Below, one piece after another: positions 41,823 to 50,097 of a stretch of 64,000 nucleotides of DNA (the first letter of the stretch is position 1; each line of letters opens with the position of its first letter). Source of the DNA: an uncultured Roseburia sp. (GTDB lineage Bacteria; Bacillota; Clostridia; Lachnospirales; Lachnospiraceae); the NCBI GenBank assembly GCA_947062675.1, contig CAMSQM010000006.1, positions 14,848 through 78,847 on the forward strand. Reading direction: 5' to 3'. The notes below the pieces were generated by a model. The model saw nothing but the letters and a program-made list of their open reading frames with translations. It had not been told where the DNA came from and did not search any database. Both the position numbers and the translations under genes were made by a program.

Positions 41823-42478
41823 TTAAAATACTGATTGTGGATGATGAAAAGCCTATCTGTGATCTGATTGACCTGAATCTTTCCGCGTCGGGGTATCAGT
41901 GCACGGCGGTTCAGGACGGGATGAGGGCCATCGAAATGATAGAGAGGGACGCTTATGACCTGGTGCTTCTGGATATTATGCTGCCCGGGGCGGACGGGTA
42001 CGATGTGATGGAATATATCCGGCCTCTGGGGATCCCGGTGATTTTTATCACAGCGAAGCATGAGGTGCGGGACCGGGTGAGAGGGCTCAGGCTTGGCGCG
42101 GACGATTATCTGGTCAAGCCTTTTGACGTTGTGGAGCTGATGGCGCGGGTGGAGGCAGTTCTGCGCCGCTATAATAAAGCAGACCGGGTGCTGCGCGCGG
42201 GGGATGTAGAAGTTGATGTGGAGGCGCGCAAGGTGACAAAGGCGGGCAGGCCGGTGGTGCTGACCAACAAGGAGTTCGGCCTTCTTGTGCTGTTTATGCA
42301 GAACAGAAATATCGCCCTTTTCCGGGAGAGGCTGTATGAGACGGTCTGGGAGGGGGAATATTTCGGGGACAGCCGCACACTGGATCTTCACGTCCAGCGC
42401 CTGCGCAGGAAGCTCGGCTGGGAACAGAGTCTGGTGGCGGTATACAAGGTGGGATACCGCTTAGAGGTGCCTCAATGA
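41819..42478 (+). CDS. OmpR-family response regulator
   Basis: IVDDE, LLDIMLP, DDYLVKPF, LDLHVQRLRRKL. Confidence 0.95.
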   Translation: MIKILIVDDEKPICDLIDLNLSASGYQCTAVQDGMRAIEMIERDAYDLVLLDIMLPGADGYDVMEYIRPLGIPVIFITAKHEVRDRVRGLRLGADDYLVKPFDVVELMARVEAVLRRYNKADRVLRAGDVEVDVEARKVTKAGRPVVLTNKEFGLLVLFMQNRNIALFRERLYETVWEGEYFGDSRTLDLHVQRLRRKLGWEQSLVAVYKVGYRLEVPQ

Positions 42479-44067
42479 AATTTTCTCTAAAACTACTTTT
42501 GTGGACAATGATTGTCATGGCGGTAACGCTGGGAACGGGCGGGTTCTTTTATGTGAACTATGTGTTCCGGACGGCTCTCGAGCGGGAGAGAGGGCAGGCG
42601 ATGGATGAAAACAGTATCCTGAAATTTGCTTTTGAGACGGCTGCTTTAAATGTGCCCGCAAAATATGATGTGCTTCCCGACCGGACGGTGGAACAGATTG
42701 CCTCCAATCTCGAGAACAGCGGGCAGAATGCGGGCAGGATGCTTCGGTTCTCCGATGAGGAGGTGCAGACGCTGTATGCCAGCGACGGCTTTGCGGCCGA
42801 CAAGGCTCTTTTGTCCGTGGCGGGGACACAGACCAGGGCTTACCGTATTATAAAACAGGAGATGCAGTACTATGTTCAGACCTGCAGTGTGGTCCATGTG
42901 CTCGACCGCGTTCTTTATCTGGAAACCATGCGGGATGTGACGGAGGTTTATAAGGAGCGCGCGACGGGCTTTACCGTATACCGCAGGATGATGATTCTGA
43001 TGCTGCTGGCCGGGGCGGTGATACTGCATTTTATGGCATCCTGGCTGACAAAGCCGATCCGCCTGCTGACGGAAGCGACGCAGAAAATGGCGTCGGGAGA
43101 CTATGCTTCCCGTGCAGAAGAGGTCAGCACTGATGAGCTGGGAGATCTCACACAGGCTTTTAACCGGATGGCGGAGGCGCTGGAGGAGAATATCTGCCGC
43201 CTTCAGGAGGAAATCGGGGCGCGTGAGGAGTTTGTCGGCGCATTTGCCCATGAATTGAAAACGCCGCTGACGGCGATGATCGGCTATGCCGATATGCTCC
43301 GTTCCAGAAAGCTGGACGAGGAAAAAAGTTTTCTGTCCGCCAGCTATATTTATACGGAGGGAAAGCGGCTGGAGGCGATGTCCATCCGCCTTCTGGAGAT
43401 TATTGTCGCAAAGCGCGGGGAAGTGCGGCTCCGGACGGTTCCGGCGGAGCGCCTGGCCACCGCTCTGCGGCAGACATTTCTTCTCAATGAGGAGTGGCAT
43501 TTTGTGTATTCGTTTGAGCAGGCGACGGTGTCCGTGGAGGCTGATCTGATCAAAACAGTGCTGGTGAATCTGATAGACAATGCCTGCAGGGCGTCGGAGC
43601 GCGGCAGCGTGATTGAAGTTTCCGGGAGCCTTTCGGCAGGGGGGTACCGTTTTGCGGTCCGCGATCATGGCGTCGGGATTCCGGAAGAGGAGCAGGATAA
43701 GATTACAAAGGCGTTTTACATGGTGGACAAATCCCGCTCCAGAAGTCACAACGGAGCGGGACTGGGGCTGGCGCTCTGCGCAGAGATTCTGAAACTGCAT
43801 GGGAGCAGGCTGGAGATTGAAAGCACGCCCGGGGAGGGGAGCTGTATCGGATTTGTGGTTCCCGCGGCAGAGTCTGAACCGGAAAAGAAAATTCAGGACA
43901 GAGGAAAGCGTGTGCAGGAAGCGGAGCCGGGAAGAGAGCCGGAAGAGCGGCGCAGAGGAAGCGGTGAGCAGGAAGCGGAGCCGGGAGTGCGGGATACAGG
44001 AAGGGCGGCGGAAGAGCCGTGTGCCGGGAGGGGAGACGGCGGTCGCGGAAAGGAGGGAGACGGATGA
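42475..44067 (+). CDS. Sensor histidine kinase (2 TM, HAMP, HisKA, HATPase) with low-complexity tail
   Basis: FAHELKTPL, NLIDNA, DHGVGI, GAGLGL. Confidence 0.95.
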   Translation: MKFSLKLLLWTMIVMAVTLGTGGFFYVNYVFRTALERERGQAMDENSILKFAFETAALNVPAKYDVLPDRTVEQIASNLENSGQNAGRMLRFSDEEVQTLYASDGFAADKALLSVAGTQTRAYRIIKQEMQYYVQTCSVVHVLDRVLYLETMRDVTEVYKERATGFTVYRRMMILMLLAGAVILHFMASWLTKPIRLLTEATQKMASGDYASRAEEVSTDELGDLTQAFNRMAEALEENICRLQEEIGAREEFVGAFAHELKTPLTAMIGYADMLRSRKLDEEKSFLSASYIYTEGKRLEAMSIRLLEIIVAKRGEVRLRTVPAERLATALRQTFLLNEEWHFVYSFEQATVSVEADLIKTVLVNLIDNACRASERGSVIEVSGSLSAGGYRFAVRDHGVGIPEEEQDKITKAFYMVDKSRSRSHNGAGLGLALCAEILKLHGSRLEIESTPGEGSCIGFVVPAAESEPEKKIQDRGKRVQEAEPGREPEERRRGSGEQEAEPGVRDTGRAAEEPCAGRGDGGRGKEGDG

Positions 44068-44888
44068 AAAAATTACCGGTTCGCGTGGCGGCGCCCTGCC
44101 TTGCCGTGTGCACGGTAGTCCTGTCTGTCTGGGGGCCTGAGGCGCTGACAGTCTTCCGGGATCAGAAGATTCTGGACGTGATTTACGAGGTGGCGACGGA
44201 GCCGGAGGGAGAGGGGTACCGCTACAGGCTCAGCAGCAGCGAAAAGCTGTTTATTCTCTCGGAGTGTTTAAACAGTCAGACGCTGCCTGAGAGCGAGCAG
44301 AGTGCTCTCACGAACAATACGGGCGCGGGTTATCAGGAGACCGGAGGGACCTATGCCTTTGTGGTGAACCACAGGGGGCCGTCCGGCAGGGAGATCACGA
44401 GCGAACAGATCTATAGCACCTGCAATGAAGGACTTGAAACCCTCAAAGAACTTGGAATCCTGCCGGCAGAGCTTAAGGAGGTGGAGCCGTCCTCCTATGA
44501 CGCCACGCTCTATTCTGCGATTGACGTGCCGGAGCCCCGGAACAATGTGGCAGTGTGGAAGCTGAGCCTCGCAAACAGTCAGAAAAATGCCAATAAGGAG
44601 AACCGTCTGATCGACGCATATCTGGACGCGGATGACGGAAAAATATATGAATTTTATGTGCGGACGGCGCTGCACTGGGAGGATATTGATCCTGACGCCC
44701 TGGCAGGTGCCTGGGCCGGCTATATGGGACTTGGCGCCGCGACACCGTATGAGACAGAAAATCCGCTTCTGGAGACGGCGTCCAGCTATCAGAAATATGT
44801 TTTTCCGGCAAACGGAGGGGAAAAGACGATCGTCACGATCGGCTTTTATGAGGGAATCAATGAACTTTTTCTGAAAATTTCAAAATGA
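44064..44888 (+). CDS. Hypothetical exported or membrane-anchored protein
   Basis: ATG overlaps the HK stop, GGAGG RBS, N-terminal hydrophobic segment. Confidence 0.75.
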   Translation: MKKLPVRVAAPCLAVCTVVLSVWGPEALTVFRDQKILDVIYEVATEPEGEGYRYRLSSSEKLFILSECLNSQTLPESEQSALTNNTGAGYQETGGTYAFVVNHRGPSGREITSEQIYSTCNEGLETLKELGILPAELKEVEPSSYDATLYSAIDVPEPRNNVAVWKLSLANSQKNANKENRLIDAYLDADDGKIYEFYVRTALHWEDIDPDALAGAWAGYMGLGAATPYETENPLLETASSYQKYVFPANGGEKTIVTIGFYEGINELFLKISK

Positions 44889-44919
44889 TGCAAAAATGAT
44901 GCAAAAATGATGATATTCT
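44880..44919 (+). promoter_or_regulatory. Three 11-bp direct repeats (CAAAAATGATG) abutting an extended -10
   Basis: TCAAAATGATG-CAAAAATGATG-CAAAAATGATG followed by A-TATTCT. Confidence 0.5.
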
Positions 44920-45011
44920 GATGCAGCCGCTGTGTAAGCTTGTCAGTACAGGGGAACAGAGATTCTTTTCCGGAAGCAGGACTGGCAGGTACACAGAGAG
45001 GAGCATCATTT

Positions 45012-46463
45012 ATGCAAAAGAGAGCCACAGGGCTGAGAGACGCGAAAGACAGGAAAAACAGAATCAGGAGAGGGAGAAGGGGAAGCGTAACAGGGATCCG
45101 GTGGATGCTGTCGGTCACTCTGCCGCTGCTTGCGTGCGCGGTGGCCGCGTTTATGGCCGTCCGGGTGACGGCTGCGCCTGAGAATCCGCAGGCAGAAGCT
45201 CTCGCAGAGACCATGGAGGCGGAGCGGAATCCGGAGGCAGGAGAAGCAGCCTCCGATATGGCAGCAGATGAGGGCGGACAACGGCCGGACAGCTCTGACG
45301 GCAGACGGGGGGAACCCCTGATTGTGATTGATCCGGGTCACGGAGGACCTGACGAGGGCTGTACTGCGGGAGGAATTCCGGAAAAAGAGATAAACCTGCA
45401 GATAGCGGGCAGGGTGACAAAGCGGCTGTCTGAAATGGGCTATCAGGTGATTCAGACAAGGACGGCAGACTGCTATCTGGCAAAAGAACAGAGAGTTGAG
45501 AATGCCAACCGTCTGAAGGCGGACATTTATGTCAGTATTCATCAGAACACGTTCGGGGACGAAACGGCAAACGGGATTGAGACGTGGTATGACGGGACGG
45601 ATTCCGGGAGGGACAGCCGGAGGCTCGCACAGCTGATACACAGGGAGACGCTCCTGCGCACAGGTGCGCAGGAGCGGGAATTAAGAGCGGATGCAGATTT
45701 TTGTGTGACGGGGAAGACACAGATGCCGGCCTGCCTGATCGAGACGGGATTTCTCTCGAATGCCGGGGAGCGGGGGCTTCTGGTCAGCCCGGAATATCAG
45801 GAACAGATTGCAGACGGAATCGCGGAGGGGATCCATCTGTATTTTCATCCCAGAACGATGTATCTGACTTTTGACGACGGCCCGTCGGAAAGGAGCACGG
45901 ACCAGATTCTTGATGTGCTGCGGGAGCGGAATATAAAAGCGGCCTTTTTTGTGATCGGTGAATATGTGCGGAAATATCCGGACACGGCGCGGCGGATTGT
46001 GCAGGAGGGGCATACGATCGGGATTCACTGTGACAGTCACAATTATGAGGCGCTTTATGCCGACGCGGACAGTTATCTGGAAGATTTCCGGAGAGCATAT
46101 GAAACCGTGCGGGAGGTGACAGGCGTCAGGGTGACGCTGTTCCGCTTTCCGGGCGGCAGTATCAATGCTTATAATGAAAAAATCTGCCGGGAGATTATCC
46201 GGCGGATGACGGAAAATGGTTTTGTCTATTTTGACTGGAATGCAAGCCTTGAGGACGCCGTGGCGGATGCCAGGCCGGAGCGATTTATTGAAAATGCCAG
46301 GGATACGGCGCTGGGGAGAAATACTGTCGTCCTGCTGGCGCATGACAGGGTGGAAGGAACGGCCGCCTGCCTCGAAGGGCTGATTGACGCATTTCCGGAC
46401 TACCGGATGGAACGGCTTACGCCGGAGTCGGAACCGGTGCAGTTTGTCAGACCATGGGAATAA
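45012..46463 (+). CDS. Bifunctional N-acetylmuramoyl-L-alanine amidase (Amidase_3) + polysaccharide deacetylase (NodB/CE4)
   Basis: IDPGHGG, EKEINL, SIHQN, LIETGF; LTFDDGP, HCDSH, FRFPGG, LLAHD; one N-terminal TM. Confidence 0.92.
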   Translation: MQKRATGLRDAKDRKNRIRRGRRGSVTGIRWMLSVTLPLLACAVAAFMAVRVTAAPENPQAEALAETMEAERNPEAGEAASDMAADEGGQRPDSSDGRRGEPLIVIDPGHGGPDEGCTAGGIPEKEINLQIAGRVTKRLSEMGYQVIQTRTADCYLAKEQRVENANRLKADIYVSIHQNTFGDETANGIETWYDGTDSGRDSRRLAQLIHRETLLRTGAQERELRADADFCVTGKTQMPACLIETGFLSNAGERGLLVSPEYQEQIADGIAEGIHLYFHPRTMYLTFDDGPSERSTDQILDVLRERNIKAAFFVIGEYVRKYPDTARRIVQEGHTIGIHCDSHNYEALYADADSYLEDFRRAYETVREVTGVRVTLFRFPGGSINAYNEKICREIIRRMTENGFVYFDWNASLEDAVADARPERFIENARDTALGRNTVVLLAHDRVEGTAACLEGLIDAFPDYRMERLTPESEPVQFVRPWE

Positions 46464-46487
46464 ACAGGAAGCTGCAAAAGAGAAAAA

Positions 46488-46725
46488 GTCAATATCGCCC
46501 TGATTTGTGTTAATATAATATCTGATAATCTTTCTGTATCCGGAGTATTATAGTATCTGTCAGGAGGAACACAGCCGACTGGCGGAAAGAAAAATATTTC
46601 AGAACAGGGAGGAAAAGACGATGTTGGAAAGGTTTAAAGAATTCTGCGTGGAAAACCTTGAGGCAATTGAGATAAGTGCAGCGTATTTATATGGTGAGGA
46701 TCTCTGGCGTTACAGCGACAGGTAA
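46488..46725 (+). repeat. Direct repeat copy 1 (~238 bp, diverged) of a peptide-expression cassette
   Basis: Aligns collinearly with 48893-49128 from GTCAATAT to GACAGGTAA. Confidence 0.92.
46621..46725 (+). CDS. 34-aa small protein, copy 1 (MLERFKEFCVENLEAIEISAAYLYGEDLWRYSDR)
   Basis: GGGAGG RBS, downstream terminator; 6 synonymous versus 2 conservative codon differences from copy 2. Confidence 0.8.
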   Translation: MLERFKEFCVENLEAIEISAAYLYGEDLWRYSDR

Positions 46726-46746
46726 AACGCGCGTGAACATGTAAGG

Positions 46747-46792
46747 AAAAGGTACCTCCGGTCTGGATAAGACGGGCCGGGGGTACCTTTTT
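46747..46792. terminator. Bidirectional terminator between peptide copy 1 and the Crp gene
   Basis: AAAAGGTACCTCCGGTC / GGCCGGGGGTACCTTTTT. Confidence 0.8.
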
Positions 46793-46818
46793 GCGGTCCT
46801 GGCTGTGGAATGGCCGGA

Positions 46819-47463
46819 TCAGAAGATACTGCCCTGGGATGTATCCGCGAGCCGGTAAGTGCCTTTTTCTATTTTTACAACCAGTCCGTTTTTCTCATAA
46901 TCATTTAATATGCGCTGAAGCTGTCTGGAGCTGCAGTGCAGTCTGAAAGCTGTTTTTTCGATTCCTTTCAGCTGTTTATTCTCACATTTGTATTTCATGT
47001 AGGACAGAACCCGCTCCCGCAGTGTGGAGGAGGCTGCTTCCGAAGCGCACAGCGTTTCTGTTTTCTGCGCCATCATTTTTCCCACAAAATACATGAACCG
47101 GCTGTTCTGATACAGTTCTTCTTCATGATCCTTTGTGATAAAAGCGATCGTGGTCAGCCTTTCTGTGGCCTCGGCGTATATATTGCTGTTTTTTATGTGA
47201 AACAAATCCATTTCACCGAGAACATAATTTTTACGTCCGTCCGCCAGAGAATAGGTGCTTCCGTCGTCCCGGATAAAATAAATGGATAGTTCTCCGGAGA
47301 GTACAAGCTGGAAAAAGAAATTGTCCAGCCAGGGGGCCGCAATCAGTTCGCCGGCTTCATATTCGATCAGGAACAGATCTAATGTTAAGCTTTCCAGCAG
47401 ATCTTTATGACAGCTTTCCGACATGGCATTCAGAATCCGGCTTTTGTCATAAATTTTCCTCAT
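46819..47463 (-). CDS. Crp/Fnr-family transcriptional regulator
   Basis: cNMP-binding-like LVLSGELSIY..LGEMDL; C-terminal HTH LHCSSRQLQRILN; GGAGG RBS before ATG 47463. Confidence 0.85.
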   Translation of the reverse strand: MRKIYDKSRILNAMSESCHKDLLESLTLDLFLIEYEAGELIAAPWLDNFFFQLVLSGELSIYFIRDDGSTYSLADGRKNYVLGEMDLFHIKNSNIYAEATERLTTIAFITKDHEEELYQNSRFMYFVGKMMAQKTETLCASEAASSTLRERVLSYMKYKCENKQLKGIEKTAFRLHCSSRQLQRILNDYEKNGLVVKIEKGTYRLADTSQGSIF

Positions 47464-47480
47464 ATCTACCTCCATTATAG

Positions 47481-47496
47481 CAGGACATATGTCCTG
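47481..47496. promoter_or_regulatory. Perfect 16-bp palindrome, candidate operator of the Crp/Fnr regulator
   Basis: CAGGACATATGTCCTG in the short divergent Crp-MATE intergenic region. Confidence 0.65.
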
Positions 47497-47551
47497 TTTT
47501 TCAGTTTTATATTAACGTACAATGGATGAGAATTCAAGGGAGGAAAAGAAT

Positions 47552-48889
47552 ATGTCGTCTGTATATGAAGGAAAAAATATGTCATCAACAATCATGAAGC
47601 TTGGGATTCCGGCCATGCTGGGCCAGCTTGCCACCCTGATTTATAATCTGGCGGACACTTACTTTGTGTCATTGACAAAAAGTGCGGAACAGATTGCAGC
47701 TGTCACACTCAGCGTTCCGGTTCTTCTTATTATTATGTCAATCGCGTGTGTGTCCGGCATGGGTGGCAGCAGTGTGATTGCAAGACAGCTGGGAGAGGGG
47801 AAAAGAGATGATTCGGCAAAATGCCTGAATTTCTGTATTTACGCGATGGTGATCGCCGGTGTCATCGTGCTTGTTTCGGGCCTGCTCATACTGGAGCCTG
47901 TTGCGCGGCTTATCGGGGCCGATGAAGGAAATACCGGCTTCACCTGTGATTATCTGAAATGGATATTTGCAGGGGCCCCGTTTATTATGCTGGCAAACGG
48001 TCTTCCGCATACGCTTCGGGCGGCCGGGATGATCAGGGAAAGCACAATCGGTGTTGTGCTGGGAAACGCGGTCAATATTGTTCTCGACTGGATTCTGATT
48101 GTATTTTTACATATGGGAACTGCTGGGGCAGCTCTGGCTACCTCTCTTGGCTTTCTGTGTGCAGCCGTATACTATTTTATCTGCCTGATCATTAAGGAAA
48201 AAAACGGAGACGGGCTGATTACGCTGTCGCCGCGGAAATTCAGGCCGGAAAAGCGGATGGTTGCCAGTGTTCTGAAAATCGGGATTCCGGGGGCGCTTAT
48301 TACGGTTATGATGAGTGTTTCGAATATTGTCCTGAATAATTATATCAGTATATATGGATCCGATGCGGTGGCGTCTTACGGTATTGCCTATAAAATTGAT
48401 ATGTTCCCGATTATGCTTTCGGTAGGGCTGTCGCAGGGAATCGCGCCGCTGCTGGGATTTTATTTTGGATCAAAGCAGGCAGAGAAGCTTAAAGAAGCGA
48501 TGCGGATAAGCATTTTTTATGGAATGATTTTTGGCGCGATGTTTACGATTCTTTTTATGGTGTCGGGCAGGTATTTTGCGGCAGCATTTTTGTATGAAGA
48601 AAGTCTGATTATACAGACTGCGGGTTTCCTGAGACTGCTCTGTTTTCATGCCCCGCTGCTCGGGATTATTAATATGGTAACCTCTTACTTTCAGGCGCTC
48701 GGCAGGGCGGCAGGTTCGCTTACTATTACGGTTCTGCGCAATGTTGTGCTCTTTATTCCGGGAGTGATAATACTGAACTATTTCTGGCAGCTGAACGGGG
48801 TTATTCTGACACAGCTTGTGGTTGAGATGCTTCTGACTGCAGTATGTATCATTATGTATCGGATTGCAGCGCCGGAGAAGGTGATATAA
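47552..48889 (+). CDS. MATE-family efflux transporter
   Basis: LGIPAML..LIYNLADTYFV, NIVLDWIL, GTAGAALAT; about 12 TMs; GGAGG RBS before ATG 47552. Confidence 0.93.
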   Translation: MSSVYEGKNMSSTIMKLGIPAMLGQLATLIYNLADTYFVSLTKSAEQIAAVTLSVPVLLIIMSIACVSGMGGSSVIARQLGEGKRDDSAKCLNFCIYAMVIAGVIVLVSGLLILEPVARLIGADEGNTGFTCDYLKWIFAGAPFIMLANGLPHTLRAAGMIRESTIGVVLGNAVNIVLDWILIVFLHMGTAGAALATSLGFLCAAVYYFICLIIKEKNGDGLITLSPRKFRPEKRMVASVLKIGIPGALITVMMSVSNIVLNNYISIYGSDAVASYGIAYKIDMFPIMLSVGLSQGIAPLLGFYFGSKQAEKLKEAMRISIFYGMIFGAMFTILFMVSGRYFAAAFLYEESLIIQTAGFLRLLCFHAPLLGIINMVTSYFQALGRAAGSLTITVLRNVVLFIPGVIILNYFWQLNGVILTQLVVEMLLTAVCIIMYRIAAPEKVI

Positions 48890-48892
48890 AAT

Positions 48893-49128
48893 GTCAATAT
48901 TGCCCTGATTTCTGTTAATATAATATCTGATAATTCTGCGCTGTCCGGGGTATTATAATATCTGTCAGGAGGAATGCAGCTGACAGAACTAAAAAAATAT
49001 TGCAGAAAAGGGAGGAAAAGAGAATGTTTGAAAAATTTAAGGAATTCTGCGTGGAGAACCTCGAAGCAATTGAGATAAGTGCAGCATATTTATATGGTGA
49101 GGATCTCTGGCGCTACAGCGACAGGTAA
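48893..49128 (+). repeat. Direct repeat copy 2 of the peptide-expression cassette
   Basis: Aligns with 46488-46725. Confidence 0.92.
49024..49128 (+). CDS. 34-aa small protein, copy 2 (MFEKFKEFCVENLEAIEISAAYLYGEDLWRYSDR)
   Basis: GGGAGG RBS; 32 of 34 aa identical to copy 1; terminator downstream. Confidence 0.8.
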   Translation: MFEKFKEFCVENLEAIEISAAYLYGEDLWRYSDR

Positions 49129-49176
49129 ACCGTGAGGATGACGGAACCTTCTGCTGTATCTGAAAATGAGACAGAC

Positions 49177-49223
49177 AAAAAAGGAGACCGGTTTCTGTTC
49201 GACAGGAACCGGTCTTCCTTTTT
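49177..49223. terminator. Bidirectional terminator between peptide copy 2 and the Cys/His-repeat gene
   Basis: AAAAAAGGAGACCGGTTTCTGT-TCG-ACAGGAACCGGTCTTCCTTTTT. Confidence 0.85.
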
Positions 49224-49229
49224 GCGCTG

Positions 49230-49916
49230 TTATGCTTTTTTAATGGTGGAATGCCCGTAATAGGTCTTTCCCTTGTGAGTATGTTTTTTGGTCTTTGTGC
49301 AGTTTGCCACGGTACACTGGCTGTAAGTCTTACTGCCGGTGGCATGGCCGTAATAATACTTGCCGCTGTGTTTGTGTTTGCCGGTTTTTTTGCAGCCGTC
49401 CACGGTACACTGGCTGTAGGTTACGTAGGTGGAATGCCCGTAATAGTAGCTGCCGCTGTGTTTGTGCTTTCCATTCTTTTTGCAGCCGTATACAGTGCAC
49501 GCGCTGTAGGAATGGCCGTTATAGCAGGTTCCGCCGTGATAGTGCTCGCCTGTCGCGGTACAGCCTGCGACGCTGCACGGGCCATGGTACGTATTGGAGT
49601 GGCCGTTGTAGCAGTTGCCGCCGTGGTAGTGTTCGCCTGTTGCGGTACAGCCTGCGACGCTGCAGGGACCGTAGTAGGTCGTATTGGAATGACCGTTGTA
49701 GCAGGTTCCGCCGTGGTAATGCTGTCCGTTTGCGGTACAGCCTGCGACGCTGCACGGGCCGTAGTACGTTGTGCCGCCGCCGGTTCCCGTCGCCGGAACG
49801 CCGCAGCCGCCGCCGTGATGACCGCCGCCGTGTCCGTGTGCCATTGCAACCGCAGGCTCCTGCAGTACGATCAGAACTGCGGCGAGAACCAGAAGTGCTT
49901 TTCTGAGTGTTTTCAT
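49230..49916 (-). CDS. Secreted Cys/His-rich repeat protein (six C-x4-C-x5-H-x-H-x3-[CYT]-Y-x-GH repeats)
   Basis: GGAGG RBS, Sec signal ending AMA, tandem repeats visible in both DNA and protein. Confidence 0.85.
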   Translation of the reverse strand: MKTLRKALLVLAAVLIVLQEPAVAMAHGHGGGHHGGGCGVPATGTGGGTTYYGPCSVAGCTANGQHYHGGTCYNGHSNTTYYGPCSVAGCTATGEHYHGGNCYNGHSNTYHGPCSVAGCTATGEHYHGGTCYNGHSYSACTVYGCKKNGKHKHSGSYYYGHSTYVTYSQCTVDGCKKTGKHKHSGKYYYGHATGSKTYSQCTVANCTKTKKHTHKGKTYYGHSTIKKA

Positions 49917-50097
49917 TGGATGATACCTCCCTGTTGTGATTGACGATGTCCTGTTTTTTTACCGTTCTGATAATAATACGACCGGAACTGGAAAAACCTT
50001 TCATGATTTCCATTTATTTTTTATAATTTTTTCACAGGACGGAAACAGACCGCAGAGGCAGGCGGTATGCACTGAAACTGCGGTCCGGACTGAGCGC

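Noticed and set aside
46488-49128. Direct repeats as IS ends or a composite transposon
   Set aside because: No transposase, terminal inverted repeats or target-site duplication; the repeats are diverged and encode a conserved peptide.
49250-49760. Tandem DNA repeats as a CRISPR array
   Set aside because: The repeats are in-frame coding units of the Cys/His protein, with no unique spacers, leader or cas genes.
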